Below the pieces are notes generated by a model, which searched no databases, was not told the DNA's origin, and saw only the letters and a program-made list of their open reading frames with translations. Of a DNA stretch of 64,000 nucleotides, positions 22,001-33,599 are shown piece by piece. Within the stretch, counting starts at the first letter, position 1, and each line of letters begins with the position of its first letter. Position numbers and translations under genes: made by a program. The stretch is from NCBI GenBank assembly GCA_977017575.1, contig CDRNVI010000144.1:186001-250000 (forward strand). Direction: 5' to 3'. Source of the stretch: Paramoeba atlantica. Its lineage: Eukaryota; Protista; Discosea.

Positions 22001-24215
22001 AGTTTTTTGTGGAGTCTCTTCCACTCAAAATTTCGCACCATGGTGCATCGAGATTTCACTTCTTTCATTCCTCAAGTACCCCTTCTAAGGCAGCCAAAGA
22101 TCCATTTTGGGAGGAGGATCAGGAGTTGGGGTATCTTATGAAAGAGGTGTCATACAGCACAAAAAGTTTTGATGACTGTATCACGAAGGCAGAGTGTGGT
22201 ACTGAGTCCATGTAGCAGAGGGGGATGTGTTTTGAGAAGGAGTCTCCTTCAAGAGAGAGGATGAAGTTCATTGTAGTCTCTTCTTTGCTTCCATGAGGAA
22301 GGGTTGTAGAGCGCCCATGATTGAAGAAGAGTTGTTGGATGTGTTGTGGGTCTGGGTCGAGGATGGGTGTGATTCTCCAGGTGTTGTCAGGGCATCCTCT
22401 GTGTACTGCTAAACTTGTGATCCTGTCTGCCAAAGAGTTGTTCTCGCGGTTTCTCCAGTTAATATGGTTTTCAGGGCTTGGGAGAATGGATGAGAGAGTG
22501 GACAATTTCCTTATTCTCACAAACGACACAGAGTGATGAGCTTCCAACACACCATCCATTTTGGGTTGGTAGCAACAGATCCATCCCCACAGATGAAAAA
22601 GAAGTTGTCTTTGACATTTGTGAGCGAGATTTCGGGAGGCTGTGGTGCAGGTTTCCAGTGTTGCCAGAACTGGAGGAGAAAGGCTATTCTCCCCGTGCTA
22701 CTTGTGATTTGAGAGAAGGGGGACGATATCTCATCTTGCTTTGTTTGTTGAGCATTTTTGAAATCTGAGGAGAGAATGGGAGTAAGGTCTTAGTTTTTCT
22801 GTTGGCCACCAAAGAAGTGGTTGATTCCAAGTCCAAGGAGGTCACAAGCTCTGCATGTTTGGAGGGAGCTTGTTCTTGCGCGATCCAAGTTTCTGAAGCA
22901 GGGGACAGTTAAGACTATATCTTCAAAGGAGCCATTTTCAAAGAGTTCAAGGATAAGGGAGAGGGAGGGAGGAGTTTGTTGAAAAGAAGGTGGGCCATGA
23001 GAAGAAGGGCAGTGGGAAAGTTGGGGAGGGGGAGCGAGAGGGGAGTGAGAGGGGGTGTGGGAAGGGAGGTGGTGAGGTGGGCTTGGGGGGGGGGCAAATG
23101 AGGTGGATGGGAAGGAGGGTGGAGAGGTGTGTGAGGTGAGGGGTGAGATGGGGGAGGAGGAAAAGGGGTGATGGGATGGTTTTCTGTGCTGTTGTGGCAT
23201 TGTGTTGAACAATAATGCATTTGACAGTGGTTACAGGAGATGTGGGAGCCAACTTCTGCTTTACCATTGCATTCAGGGTTGTTACATGAAGGGGGAGGGG
23301 TGCCGGAGGGATCGAGATCAGGATTAAGATTGAGATGCAGAGAGGGATAGGGAGTGGGGGAGGGGAGTGGGGAGGGAGGGGGGGAGGGAATTGGGGAGGG
23401 AGGGTGGGGGAGGGAATTGGGGAGGGAGGGTGGGAGGGGGGATTGGAGGGAGAGCAGGGAGGGGAGGTTAGGGATGGGAGAGGTTGGGGGGGGGGGGGGG
23501 GAGGAAGAGGGTGACAGAGAGTTTGTGACTTCCTGTGGTGGGAAAAGGAGCAGAATGTAAGGAGGCACTTCTCGCATCGGGAGACTATTACTTTTTGGTG
23601 TTGGCCTCTGCATCTTCAGTACGAGCAATTGCCAAAGGATGTGAAGTTGTCTTCTGGGCCTGAGGATTGTCCATTCGATTTAGTTCTTTTTCTCTTTCTT
23701 TTCTGTTTCTTTCATTCTTTTCTTTTTCTGATTTTTCTCTTTCTTCCTCTTTTTTTCCATTCTTTTTCCTTCCTGTTTTTTTTCCTCCTCTATTTTCTTT
23801 TTCTTTTCATTCTCTTCCTTTCTTTTCTCTCTTTCTTCGTTGTTTCTGCTCCTGCTCTCTCACTTTTTTGGGGTTCTCTTTGTCTTTTTCCTTCCTTTTC
23901 TCTTTCTCTGACCTCTTCTTTTTTTCCTTCTTTTTCTTTCTCTTGCTCTCCTTCTTGGCTGCAACTCTTTTCCGAGTGAAGTTTTGGGAACCGAAAGTTT
24001 TCTGTGCTATCTGGTTTGAGGGTGCCCAGGATCGAGAGGCATGGCTGTGGCAATCTCGAAAATCTTTTGTTACATCAGGGGTGGGGAGCAGAGCTTTTGA
24101 AGGTGGGGTTTGAGAGGAAGAGGGGAGAGTGGGTATTGATTCGGATGAAGTGGGAAGTGATTGGTGGTGTGGTTGGTTTGTGGTTTGTTGTTTGTTGTTT
24201 TTCAAGGGGGAAAAA
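19026..24215 (-). mobile_element. CRE-like non-LTR retrotransposon (RT + CCHC + restriction-like endonuclease), frameshifted; 5' boundary approximate
   Basis: RT motifs: GIRPIGVAEVLKRW, QYGV, LDIVNAFNSISR, GVQQGDPLG, FVDD. Then CGFCEKELCAPSSLHLSDC and the RLE motifs RHHALRDEL, PDL and DLCIDV. A poly(A) tail follows at the 3' end. The 5' region has a Pro-rich stretch and a Cys/His finger. Confidence 0.88.
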
Positions 24216-25439
24216 GTCTTTTTTTTTTCTCTTTTTTTCTTTTCTTTTTCTTTTGAAATCTCTTTTTTTTTTCCTTTCCTCCCCTCCCTCCTTTTTTTTT
24301 TTTTGTCTTTTTGTCTTTTTCACTTTGTTTTTGTTTTTCTTTTCTTTCTCTTTCATTCTTCTTCTCTCTTTTGGGATTTTTGAATTCTTTGTTTTTCTTT
24401 TGTCTCTCCTTTCTCCCTTTCTCACCACCACTCTTTCTCTCTTTCTAGAGTGCAAACATGCCCAAAGTTGTGCAGGTAGCACCATGACAAAGACTTTTTT
24501 CTTTTTTTGTTCTTTTGTTTTGGAGTTGAATCATCCTGGCCCTTGAAATTGCTCAAAAAAATTGTTGTACAACTCTGATTAAGGCAGATATTTCTTTCAA
24601 TCCCCAAAATTCTTTTGGATTTTGAATTCAAAGACCCTCTTCTTGAAACTGATCTTTTTTTTTTTGAAAAAAAGGCTCATGAAACCCATAAAGAAGTGAT
24701 TCTTGAAAGTAGTGCAGGTTGAGTGTGAATATTGTCAAGGACCAGACCACAAAGCAATGACTTATGCTGGACCATTCATTGCTGTTCCTTCCTTGTTTGA
24801 GGAGAAATGATGAAGACAATTAGAAAAGGCTTTAGACTGAAAAATTATTAGAGAAGGACTGACCTCCTAGAACCAGTGATTGAAACACCAAAAATTGTAA
24901 ATTGTTGTTGAACATTTTGTTTTGGATGAAAATGGTTGTTTTTCTTTATTGGCCCCCAAATTCTTTGATAAAGTTGGGCAATCTGCTTTTGTGGAAGTGG
25001 TGGGGAATTTTCTGGTGGTTTATGAAGTGGTCATGATTGAAACAAGGAAAGCCAACCTGCTTGTGGTTATTTTATTCACCGCCCACCACACATCAAAGCG
25101 TTGGATGACCTTGATCTTTTTGTTGATAAAAGTTCATCATTTGATTGATCTTCCTGAGGAAATTTCATTTCATGACCTCCTTGCTTGCAAAGAAGACTGA
25201 GGAGGATGAGGAGAATGATGAAAAAGGAAAAGAAGAAGAGGAGGAGCAAGTAAGAACTCTTGAACTTGGTGCTGGTAGATTGCAATTCTCTTTCTTCCCT
25301 TGATATGGCCCAGAGAAATATTTCTCCTGCAATTTGAGAATTTTTCTGAATTTTTTTGAAAAAAGACCCTACTCTTCCATCACCAACCACAATCCAATAG
25401 ATTTGTTGTGAAGGCAGCATCCAATCAAAATTAGAAGCA

Positions 25440-26000
25440 CTACTATGAGTCCAAGAATGAAAATCCTCAACTCTCTCTCATGATGGAAGTTCATCACAAA
25501 GACAAAATCTTCTTTCTATTGAGATCCAGGGCAAAGATAGGCATGTTAATTTAGGTATTTGAGAAACAGTTGATCATGATGCCCTGTCAATTGCAAAGGA
25601 TATTTTTTCTCTTTTAAATGGTCTCCAAAATCTGGCAAAGAAATTCCCTAAAATTCAGTCCTTTTTAGATTCTTTGAGCCTCTCTTCTTTTGAATCTGTG
25701 ATGGGGGATCATACTCCTTCAAACCCAGCAGCAGTTGGAGAATTGAGTCAAATGGCTGGAAAAATCCTTCAGATTCTTGGTTGCCATGCTCATAAATGTG
25801 ATCTTGTTGAAGAAGCTTTTTGAAAGGCTCTAATCAAAAACCTGTCTTCTTGAGTTGAACAGGTTGTTGATGATGATAGTCTTGATTGTGATGGTGGATC
25901 TGACTTATTGATGAAGGCTCCAACAAGAGTGAAAAATATTCACTCTTCTTCACACTTTCTGTATCAACTTGAAAAACTTGCACTGACTTCATTAAACAAG
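25440..26000 (+). pseudogene. hAT-like DDE transposase catalytic-core fragment
   Basis: One reading frame gives TLSHDGS (D at 25482), ETVDHDALSIAKDI, SVMGDHTPSN (D at 25707) and GCHAH (CxxH at 25782). In-frame TGA stops are present. Confidence 0.55.
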
Positions 26001-26219
26001 TATGAGCATTTTGAAAAATTTCAGGTTTGAACAGCACAACATAATTTTATCCACCACCACCTCACATCTCTCCACTCAAATCAGTTTTTAGTTTATTCAT
26101 ACAATAGTTTGACTTGTTATCAAGACTTATACTATTAGGAAATGTTTGTAGGGAGTTGTTTGCCTTCTTCCACTTGAACATTTGAAATAGAGAATGAACA
26201 AAAAATTATTAAAAGTGAT

Positions 26220-29200
26220 TTTTTTTATATTAATTTTCTTGTAATTTCAATTTCTTAATTATGTTTCCATATTAAATGCAATTCCTTAATTTATTTTCTG
26301 ATTCTCTGATATTTTTTGAATTTATGTTTCAGATCTATGATATTTTTTAAGTTGGTTCAATCAAATTTCTTAATTGTTTTGAATTGATGTATTTGATTTA
26401 TTTTTTATTTTATTTTTTTCACATTAATTTTTTGTAATTTCAATTTCTTAATTATGTCTCCATATTGAATGCAATTCCTTAATTTATTTTCTGATTCTCT
26501 GATATTTTTTGAATTTATGTTTCAGATCTATGATATTTTTTAAGTTGGTTCAATCAAATTTCTTAATTGTTTTGAATTGATGTATTTGATTTATTTTTTA
26601 TTTTATTTTTTTCACATTAATTTTTTGTAATTTCAATTTCTTAATTATGTCTCCATATTGAATGCAATTCCTTAATTTATTTTCTGATTCTCTGATATTT
26701 TTTGAATTTATGTTTCAGATCTATGATATTTTTTAAGTTGGTTCAATCAAATTTCTTAATTGTTTTGAATTGATGTATTTGATTTATTTTTTATTTTATT
26801 TTTTTCACATTAATTTTTTGTAATTTCAATTTCTTAATTATGTCTCCATATTGAATGCAATTCCTTAATTTATTTTCTGATTCTCTGATATTTTTTGAAT
26901 TTATGTTTCAGATCTATGATATTTTTTAAGTTGGTTCAATCAAATTTCTTAATTGTTTTGAATTGATGTATTTGATTTATTTTTTATTTTATTTTTTTCA
27001 CATTAATTTTTTGTAATTTCAATTTCTTAATTATGTCTCCATATTGAATGCAATTCCTTAATTTATTTTCTGATTCTCTGATATTTTTTGAATTTATGTT
27101 TCAGATCTATGATATTTTTTAAGTTGGTTCAATCAAATTTCTTAATTGTTTTGAATTGATGTATTTGATTTATTTTTTATTTTATTTTTTTCACATTAAT
27201 TTTTTGTAATTTCAATTTCTTAATTATGTCTCCATATTGAATGCAATTCCTTAATTTATTTTCTGATTCTCTGATATTTTTTGAATTTATGTTTCAGATC
27301 TATGATATTTTTTAAGTTGGTTCAATCAAATTTCTTAATTGTTTTGAATTGATGTATTTGATTTATTTTTTATTTTATTTTTTTCACATTAATTTTTTGT
27401 AATTTCAATTTCTTAATTATGTCTCCATATTGAATGCAATTCCTTAATTTATTTTCTGATTCTCTGATATTTTTTGAATTTATGTTTCAGATCTATGATA
27501 TTTTTTAAGTTGGTTCAATCAAATTTCTTAATTGTTTTGAATTGATGTATTTGATTTATTTTTTATTTTATTTTTTTCACATTAATTTTTTGTAATTTCA
27601 ATTTCTTAATTATGTCTCCATATTGAATGCAATTCCTTAATTTATTTTCTGATTCTCTGATATTTTTTGAATTTATGTTTCAGATCTATGATATTTTTTA
27701 AGTTGGTTCAATCAAATTTCTTAATTGTTTTGAATTGATGTATTTGATTTATTTTTTATTTTATTTTTTTCACATTAATTTTTTGTAATTTCAATTTCTT
27801 AATTATGTCTCCATATTGAATGCAATTCCTTAATTTATTTTCTGATTCTCTGATATTTTTTGAATTTATGTTTCAGATCTATGATATTTTTTAAGTTGGT
27901 TCAATCAAATTTCTTAATTGTTTTGAATTGATGTATTTGATTTATTTTTTATTTTATTTTTTTCACATTAATTTTTTGTAATTTCAATTTCTTAATTATG
28001 TCTCCATATTGAATGCAATTCCTTAATTTATTTTCTGATTCTCTGATATTTTTTGAATTTATGTTTCAGATCTATGATATTTTTTAAGTTGGTTCAATCA
28101 AATTTCTTAATTGTTTTGAATTGATGTATTTGATTTATTTTTTATTTTATTTTTTTCACATTAATTTTTTGTAATTTCAATTTCTTAATTATGTCTCCAT
28201 ATTGAATGCAATTCCTTAATTTATTTTCTGATTCTCTGATATTTTTTGAATTTATGTTTCAGATCTATGATATTTTTTAAGTTGGTTCAATCAAATTTCT
28301 TAATTGTTTTGAATTGATGTATTTGATTTATTTTTTATTTTATTTTTTTCACATTAATTTTTTGTAATTTCAATTTCTTAATTATGTCTCCATATTGAAT
28401 GCAATTCCTTAATTTATTTTCTGATTCTCTGATATTTTTTGAATTTATGTTTCAGATCTATGATATTTTTTAAGTTGGTTCAATCAAATTTCTTAATTGT
28501 TTTGAATTGATGTATTTGATTTATTTTTTATTTTATTTTTTTCACATTAATTTTTTGTAATTTCAATTTCTTAATTATGTCTCCATATTGAATGCAATTC
28601 CTTAATTTATTTTCTGATTCTCTGATATTTTTTGAATTTATGTTTCAGATCTATGATATTTTTTAAGTTGGTTCAATCAAATTTCTTAATTGTTTTGAAT
28701 TGATGTATTTGATTTATTTTTTATTTTATTTTTTTCACATTAATTTTTTGTAATTTCAATTTCTTAATTATGTCTCCATATTGAATGCAATTCCTTAATT
28801 TATTTTCTGATTCTCTGATATTTTTTGAATTTATGTTTCAGATCTATGATATTTTTTAAGTTGGTTCAATCAAATTTCTTAATTGTTTTGAATTGATGTA
28901 TTTGATTTATTTTTTATTTTATTTTTTTCACATTAATTTTTTGTAATTTCAATTTCTTAATTATGTCTCCATATTGAATGCAATTCCTTAATTTATTTTC
29001 TGATTCTCTGATATTTTTTGAATTTATGTTTCAGATCTATGATATTTTTTAAGTTGGTTCAATCAAATTTCTTAATTGTTTTGAATTGATGTATTTGATT
29101 TATTTTTTATTTTATTTTTTTCACATTAATTTTTTGTAATTTCAATTTCTTAATTATGTCTCCATATTGAATGCAATTCCTTAATTTATTTTCTGATTCT

Positions 29201-32200
29201 CTGATATTTTTTGAATTTATGTTTCAGATCTATGATATTTTTTAAGTTGGTTCAATCAAATTTCTTAATTGTTTTGAATTGATGTATTTGATTTATTTTT
29301 TATTTTATTTTTTTCACATTAATTTTTTGTAATTTCAATTTCTTAATTATGTCTCCATATTGAATGCAATTCCTTAATTTATTTTCTGATTCTCTGATAT
29401 TTTTTGAATTTATGTTTCAGATCTATGATATTTTTTAAGTTGGTTCAATCAAATTTCTTAATTGTTTTGAATTGATGTATTTGATTTATTTTTTATTTTA
29501 TTTTTTTCACATTAATTTTTTGTAATTTCAATTTCTTAATTATGTCTCCATATTGAATGCAATTCCTTAATTTATTTTCTGATTCTCTGATATTTTTTGA
29601 ATTTATGTTTCAGATCTATGATATTTTTTAAGTTGGTTCAATCAAATTTCTTAATTGTTTTGAATTGATGTATTTGATTTATTTTTTATTTTATTTTTTT
29701 CACATTAATTTTTTGTAATTTCAATTTCTTAATTATGTCTCCATATTGAATGCAATTCCTTAATTTATTTTCTGATTCTCTGATATTTTTTGAATTTATG
29801 TTTCAGATCTATGATATTTTTTAAGTTGGTTCAATCAAATTTCTTAATTGTTTTGAATTGATGTATTTGATTTATTTTTTATTTTATTTTTTTCACATTA
29901 ATTTTTTGTAATTTCAATTTCTTAATTATGTCTCCATATTGAATGCAATTCCTTAATTTATTTTCTGATTCTCTGATATTTTTTGAATTTATGTTTCAGA
30001 TCTATGATATTTTTTAAGTTGGTTCAATCAAATTTCTTAATTGTTTTGAATTGATGTATTTGATTTATTTTTTATTTTATTTTTTTCACATTAATTTTTT
30101 GTAATTTCAATTTCTTAATTATGTCTCCATATTGAATGCAATTCCTTAATTTATTTTCTGATTCTCTGATATTTTTTGAATTTATGTTTCAGATCTATGA
30201 TATTTTTTAAGTTGGTTCAATCAAATTTCTTAATTGTTTTGAATTGATGTATTTGATTTATTTTTTATTTTATTTTTTTCACATTAATTTTTTGTAATTT
30301 CAATTTCTTAATTATGTCTCCATATTGAATGCAATTCCTTAATTTATTTTCTGATTCTCTGATATTTTTTGAATTTATGTTTCAGATCTATGATATTTTT
30401 TAAGTTGGTTCAATCAAATTTCTTAATTGTTTTGAATTGATGTATTTGATTTATTTTTTATTTTATTTTTTTCACATTAATTTTTTGTAATTTCAATTTC
30501 TTAATTATGTCTCCATATTGAATGCAATTCCTTAATTTATTTTCTGATTCTCTGATATTTTTTGAATTTATGTTTCAGATCTATGATATTTTTTAAGTTG
30601 GTTCAATCAAATTTCTTAATTGTTTTGAATTGATGTATTTGATTTATTTTTTATTTTATTTTTTTCACATTAATTTTTTGTAATTTCAATTTCTTAATTA
30701 TGTCTCCATATTGAATGCAATTCCTTAATTTATTTTCTGATTCTCTGATATTTTTTGAATTTATGTTTCAGATCTATGATATTTTTTAAGTTGGTTCAAT
30801 CAAATTTCTTAATTGTTTTGAATTGATGTATTTGATTTATTTTTTATTTTATTTTTTTCACATTAATTTTTTGTAATTTCAATTTCTTAATTATGTCTCC
30901 ATATTGAATGCAATTCCTTAATTTATTTTCTGATTCTCTGATATTTTTTGAATTTATGTTTCAGATCTATGATATTTTTTAAGTTGGTTCAATCAAATTT
31001 CTTAATTGTTTTGAATTGATGTATTTGATTTATTTTTTATTTTATTTTTTTCACATTAATTTTTTGTAATTTCAATTTCTTAATTATGTCTCCATATTGA
31101 ATGCAATTCCTTAATTTATTTTCTGATTCTCTGATATTTTTTGAATTTATGTTTCAGATCTATGATATTTTTTAAGTTGGTTCAATCAAATTTCTTAATT
31201 GTTTTGAATTGATGTATTTGATTTATTTTTTATTTTATTTTTTTCACATTAATTTTTTGTAATTTCAATTTCTTAATTATGTCTCCATATTGAATGCAAT
31301 TCCTTAATTTATTTTCTGATTCTCTGATATTTTTTGAATTTATGTTTCAGATCTATGATATTTTTTAAGTTGGTTCAATCAAATTTCTTAATTGTTTTGA
31401 ATTGATGTATTTGATTTATTTTTTATTTTATTTTTTTCACATTAATTTTTTGTAATTTCAATTTCTTAATTATGTCTCCATATTGAATGCAATTCCTTAA
31501 TTTATTTTCTGATTCTCTGATATTTTTTGAATTTATGTTTCAGATCTATGATATTTTTTAAGTTGGTTCAATCAAATTTCTTAATTGTTTTGAATTGATG
31601 TATTTGATTTATTTTTTATTTTATTTTTTTCACATTAATTTTTTGTAATTTCAATTTCTTAATTATGTCTCCATATTGAATGCAATTCCTTAATTTATTT
31701 TCTGATTCTCTGATATTTTTTGAATTTATGTTTCAGATCTATGATATTTTTTAAGTTGGTTCAATCAAATTTCTTAATTGTTTTGAATTGATGTATTTGA
31801 TTTATTTTTTATTTTATTTTTTTCACATTAATTTTTTGTAATTTCAATTTCTTAATTATGTCTCCATATTGAATGCAATTCCTTAATTTATTTTCTGATT
31901 CTCTGATATTTTTTGAATTTATGTTTCAGATCTATGATATTTTTTAAGTTGGTTCAATCAAATTTCTTAATTGTTTTGAATTGATGTATTTGATTTATTT
32001 TTTATTTTATTTTTTTCACATTAATTTTTTGTAATTTCAATTTCTTAATTATGTCTCCATATTGAATGCAATTCCTTAATTTATTTTCTGATTCTCTGAT
32101 ATTTTTTGAATTTATGTTTCAGATCTATGATATTTTTTAAGTTGGTTCAATCAAATTTCTTAATTGTTTTGAATTGATGTATTTGATTTATTTTTTATTT

Positions 32201-32400
32201 TATTTTTTTCACATTAATTTTTTGTAATTTCAATTTCTTAATTATGTCTCCATATTGAATGCAATTCCTTAATTTATTTTCTGATTCTCTGATATTTTTT
32301 GAATTTATGTTTCAGATCTATGATATTTTTTAAGTTGGTTCAATCAAATTTCTTAATTGTTTTGAATTGATGTATTTGATTTATTTTTTATTTTCTTTTT
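26220..32400. repeat. 193 bp tandem satellite, ~32 copies, ~19% GC
   Basis: The marker GT(C/T)TCCATAT recurs at 26263, 26456, 26649, 26842 ... 32246, an exact 193 bp period. The first copy is slightly divergent. Confidence 0.97.
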
Positions 32401-33599
32401 TATCAAAAATTTTTTTCTCTTTTTTGAATATTTAAAATCTTATTTTTTTAAAAAATATAAAAATCAAATTGAGAAAAATATTTTTTTCTTAGCCAAATAA
32501 AGAAAATTAATTTTATTTCTGAAATTAATTTTAGTTTTTTGTTTGTTTTTGTTGGTTTTTGTTTAATTGCTTCATTTCATCTAAACTCATATACAAGAAT
32601 CTATTATCTTCTTTCACAAAAAAAAAAAAAAAATCTTTTGTCCTTTTTATTGAAGTAATTTCATTGTAAAATTTAAAACTTCTAGTTTATGAATACATTC
32701 TTTTTTATAAAACCTTTGAATAAGAAAAGTTAACTCTTTGTTAAACTTTAATAAAGTAATATTATTGTTTTTATGAAAAATTAATTCTTAATAATCTAAA
32801 TGAAAAAGAATGAATAATAACTTTCACAACTATAAGTTGTTTTTTTCAAATTGACTAACAACAAAACAAAAAACTTTTCAAAACCTGGGGTAACCTGCTT
32901 TTTGGAGTGAAATCAAAGATGTGAAAACACTTTATAAAGATTGAACCTTCTCAAATTGATAAAATTGTTAAATATGTGTAAAAATGTAATAAAAACCAAG
33001 TTTCATTAATCCAAACCACTCTCAAGGATTGGATTAATACCACTTTCTTAAAAGTAATTTCTTTCACCTAGATTTATTTCTTTGTTTAAAGTGAAAAACA
33101 ACTTTTTCTTATTGATTCAGAGCCACTTGAGGTAGAGAGGTGTAATTTGTTTGAAGAAAAGCTGAAACAAAATACAAAAAAATTGCAAAAAAAAATTGAT
33201 GCTGCTCACTTTCAATTGATCATAAATATTAATGAAACTGATTTTGATTGTAAAAAAGATACTGAAAAACTCAAAGTTGTTTTAATACATAATTGCTTCC
33301 ATATATATTGTTCCTCTTGAAATAAATTCTATATCACTTTAATGCTTATAGTTGGTATTATTAGATGGAGTTTTTCAATTTTTACAATTATTAAAACAAT
33401 ATCCTTTGTTTCAAACTTAAAGGTGATGTATAATCTCTCAGTGAATGAATGGTGTTATGTAATATTATCTTCATCACTAAATATCAATAATAAGTTATTT
33501 TCTTATTGAATTGATAAAATTCTTGTTCTAAAAGTGATTATAAAATGTTGATTTTTAGAGTTCAAAGATGATATCAAAGCTTTTCTTATCTTAAATAGT

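Noticed and set aside
24900-25200. 92-aa ORF and a PHD-like Cys pattern in another frame
   Set aside because: The pattern is interrupted by stops and is incomplete.
26220-32400. CRISPR array or coding repeat interpretation of the 193 bp array
   Set aside because: There are no unique spacers, the context is eukaryotic, the unit is not a multiple of 3, and stops occur in all frames I checked.
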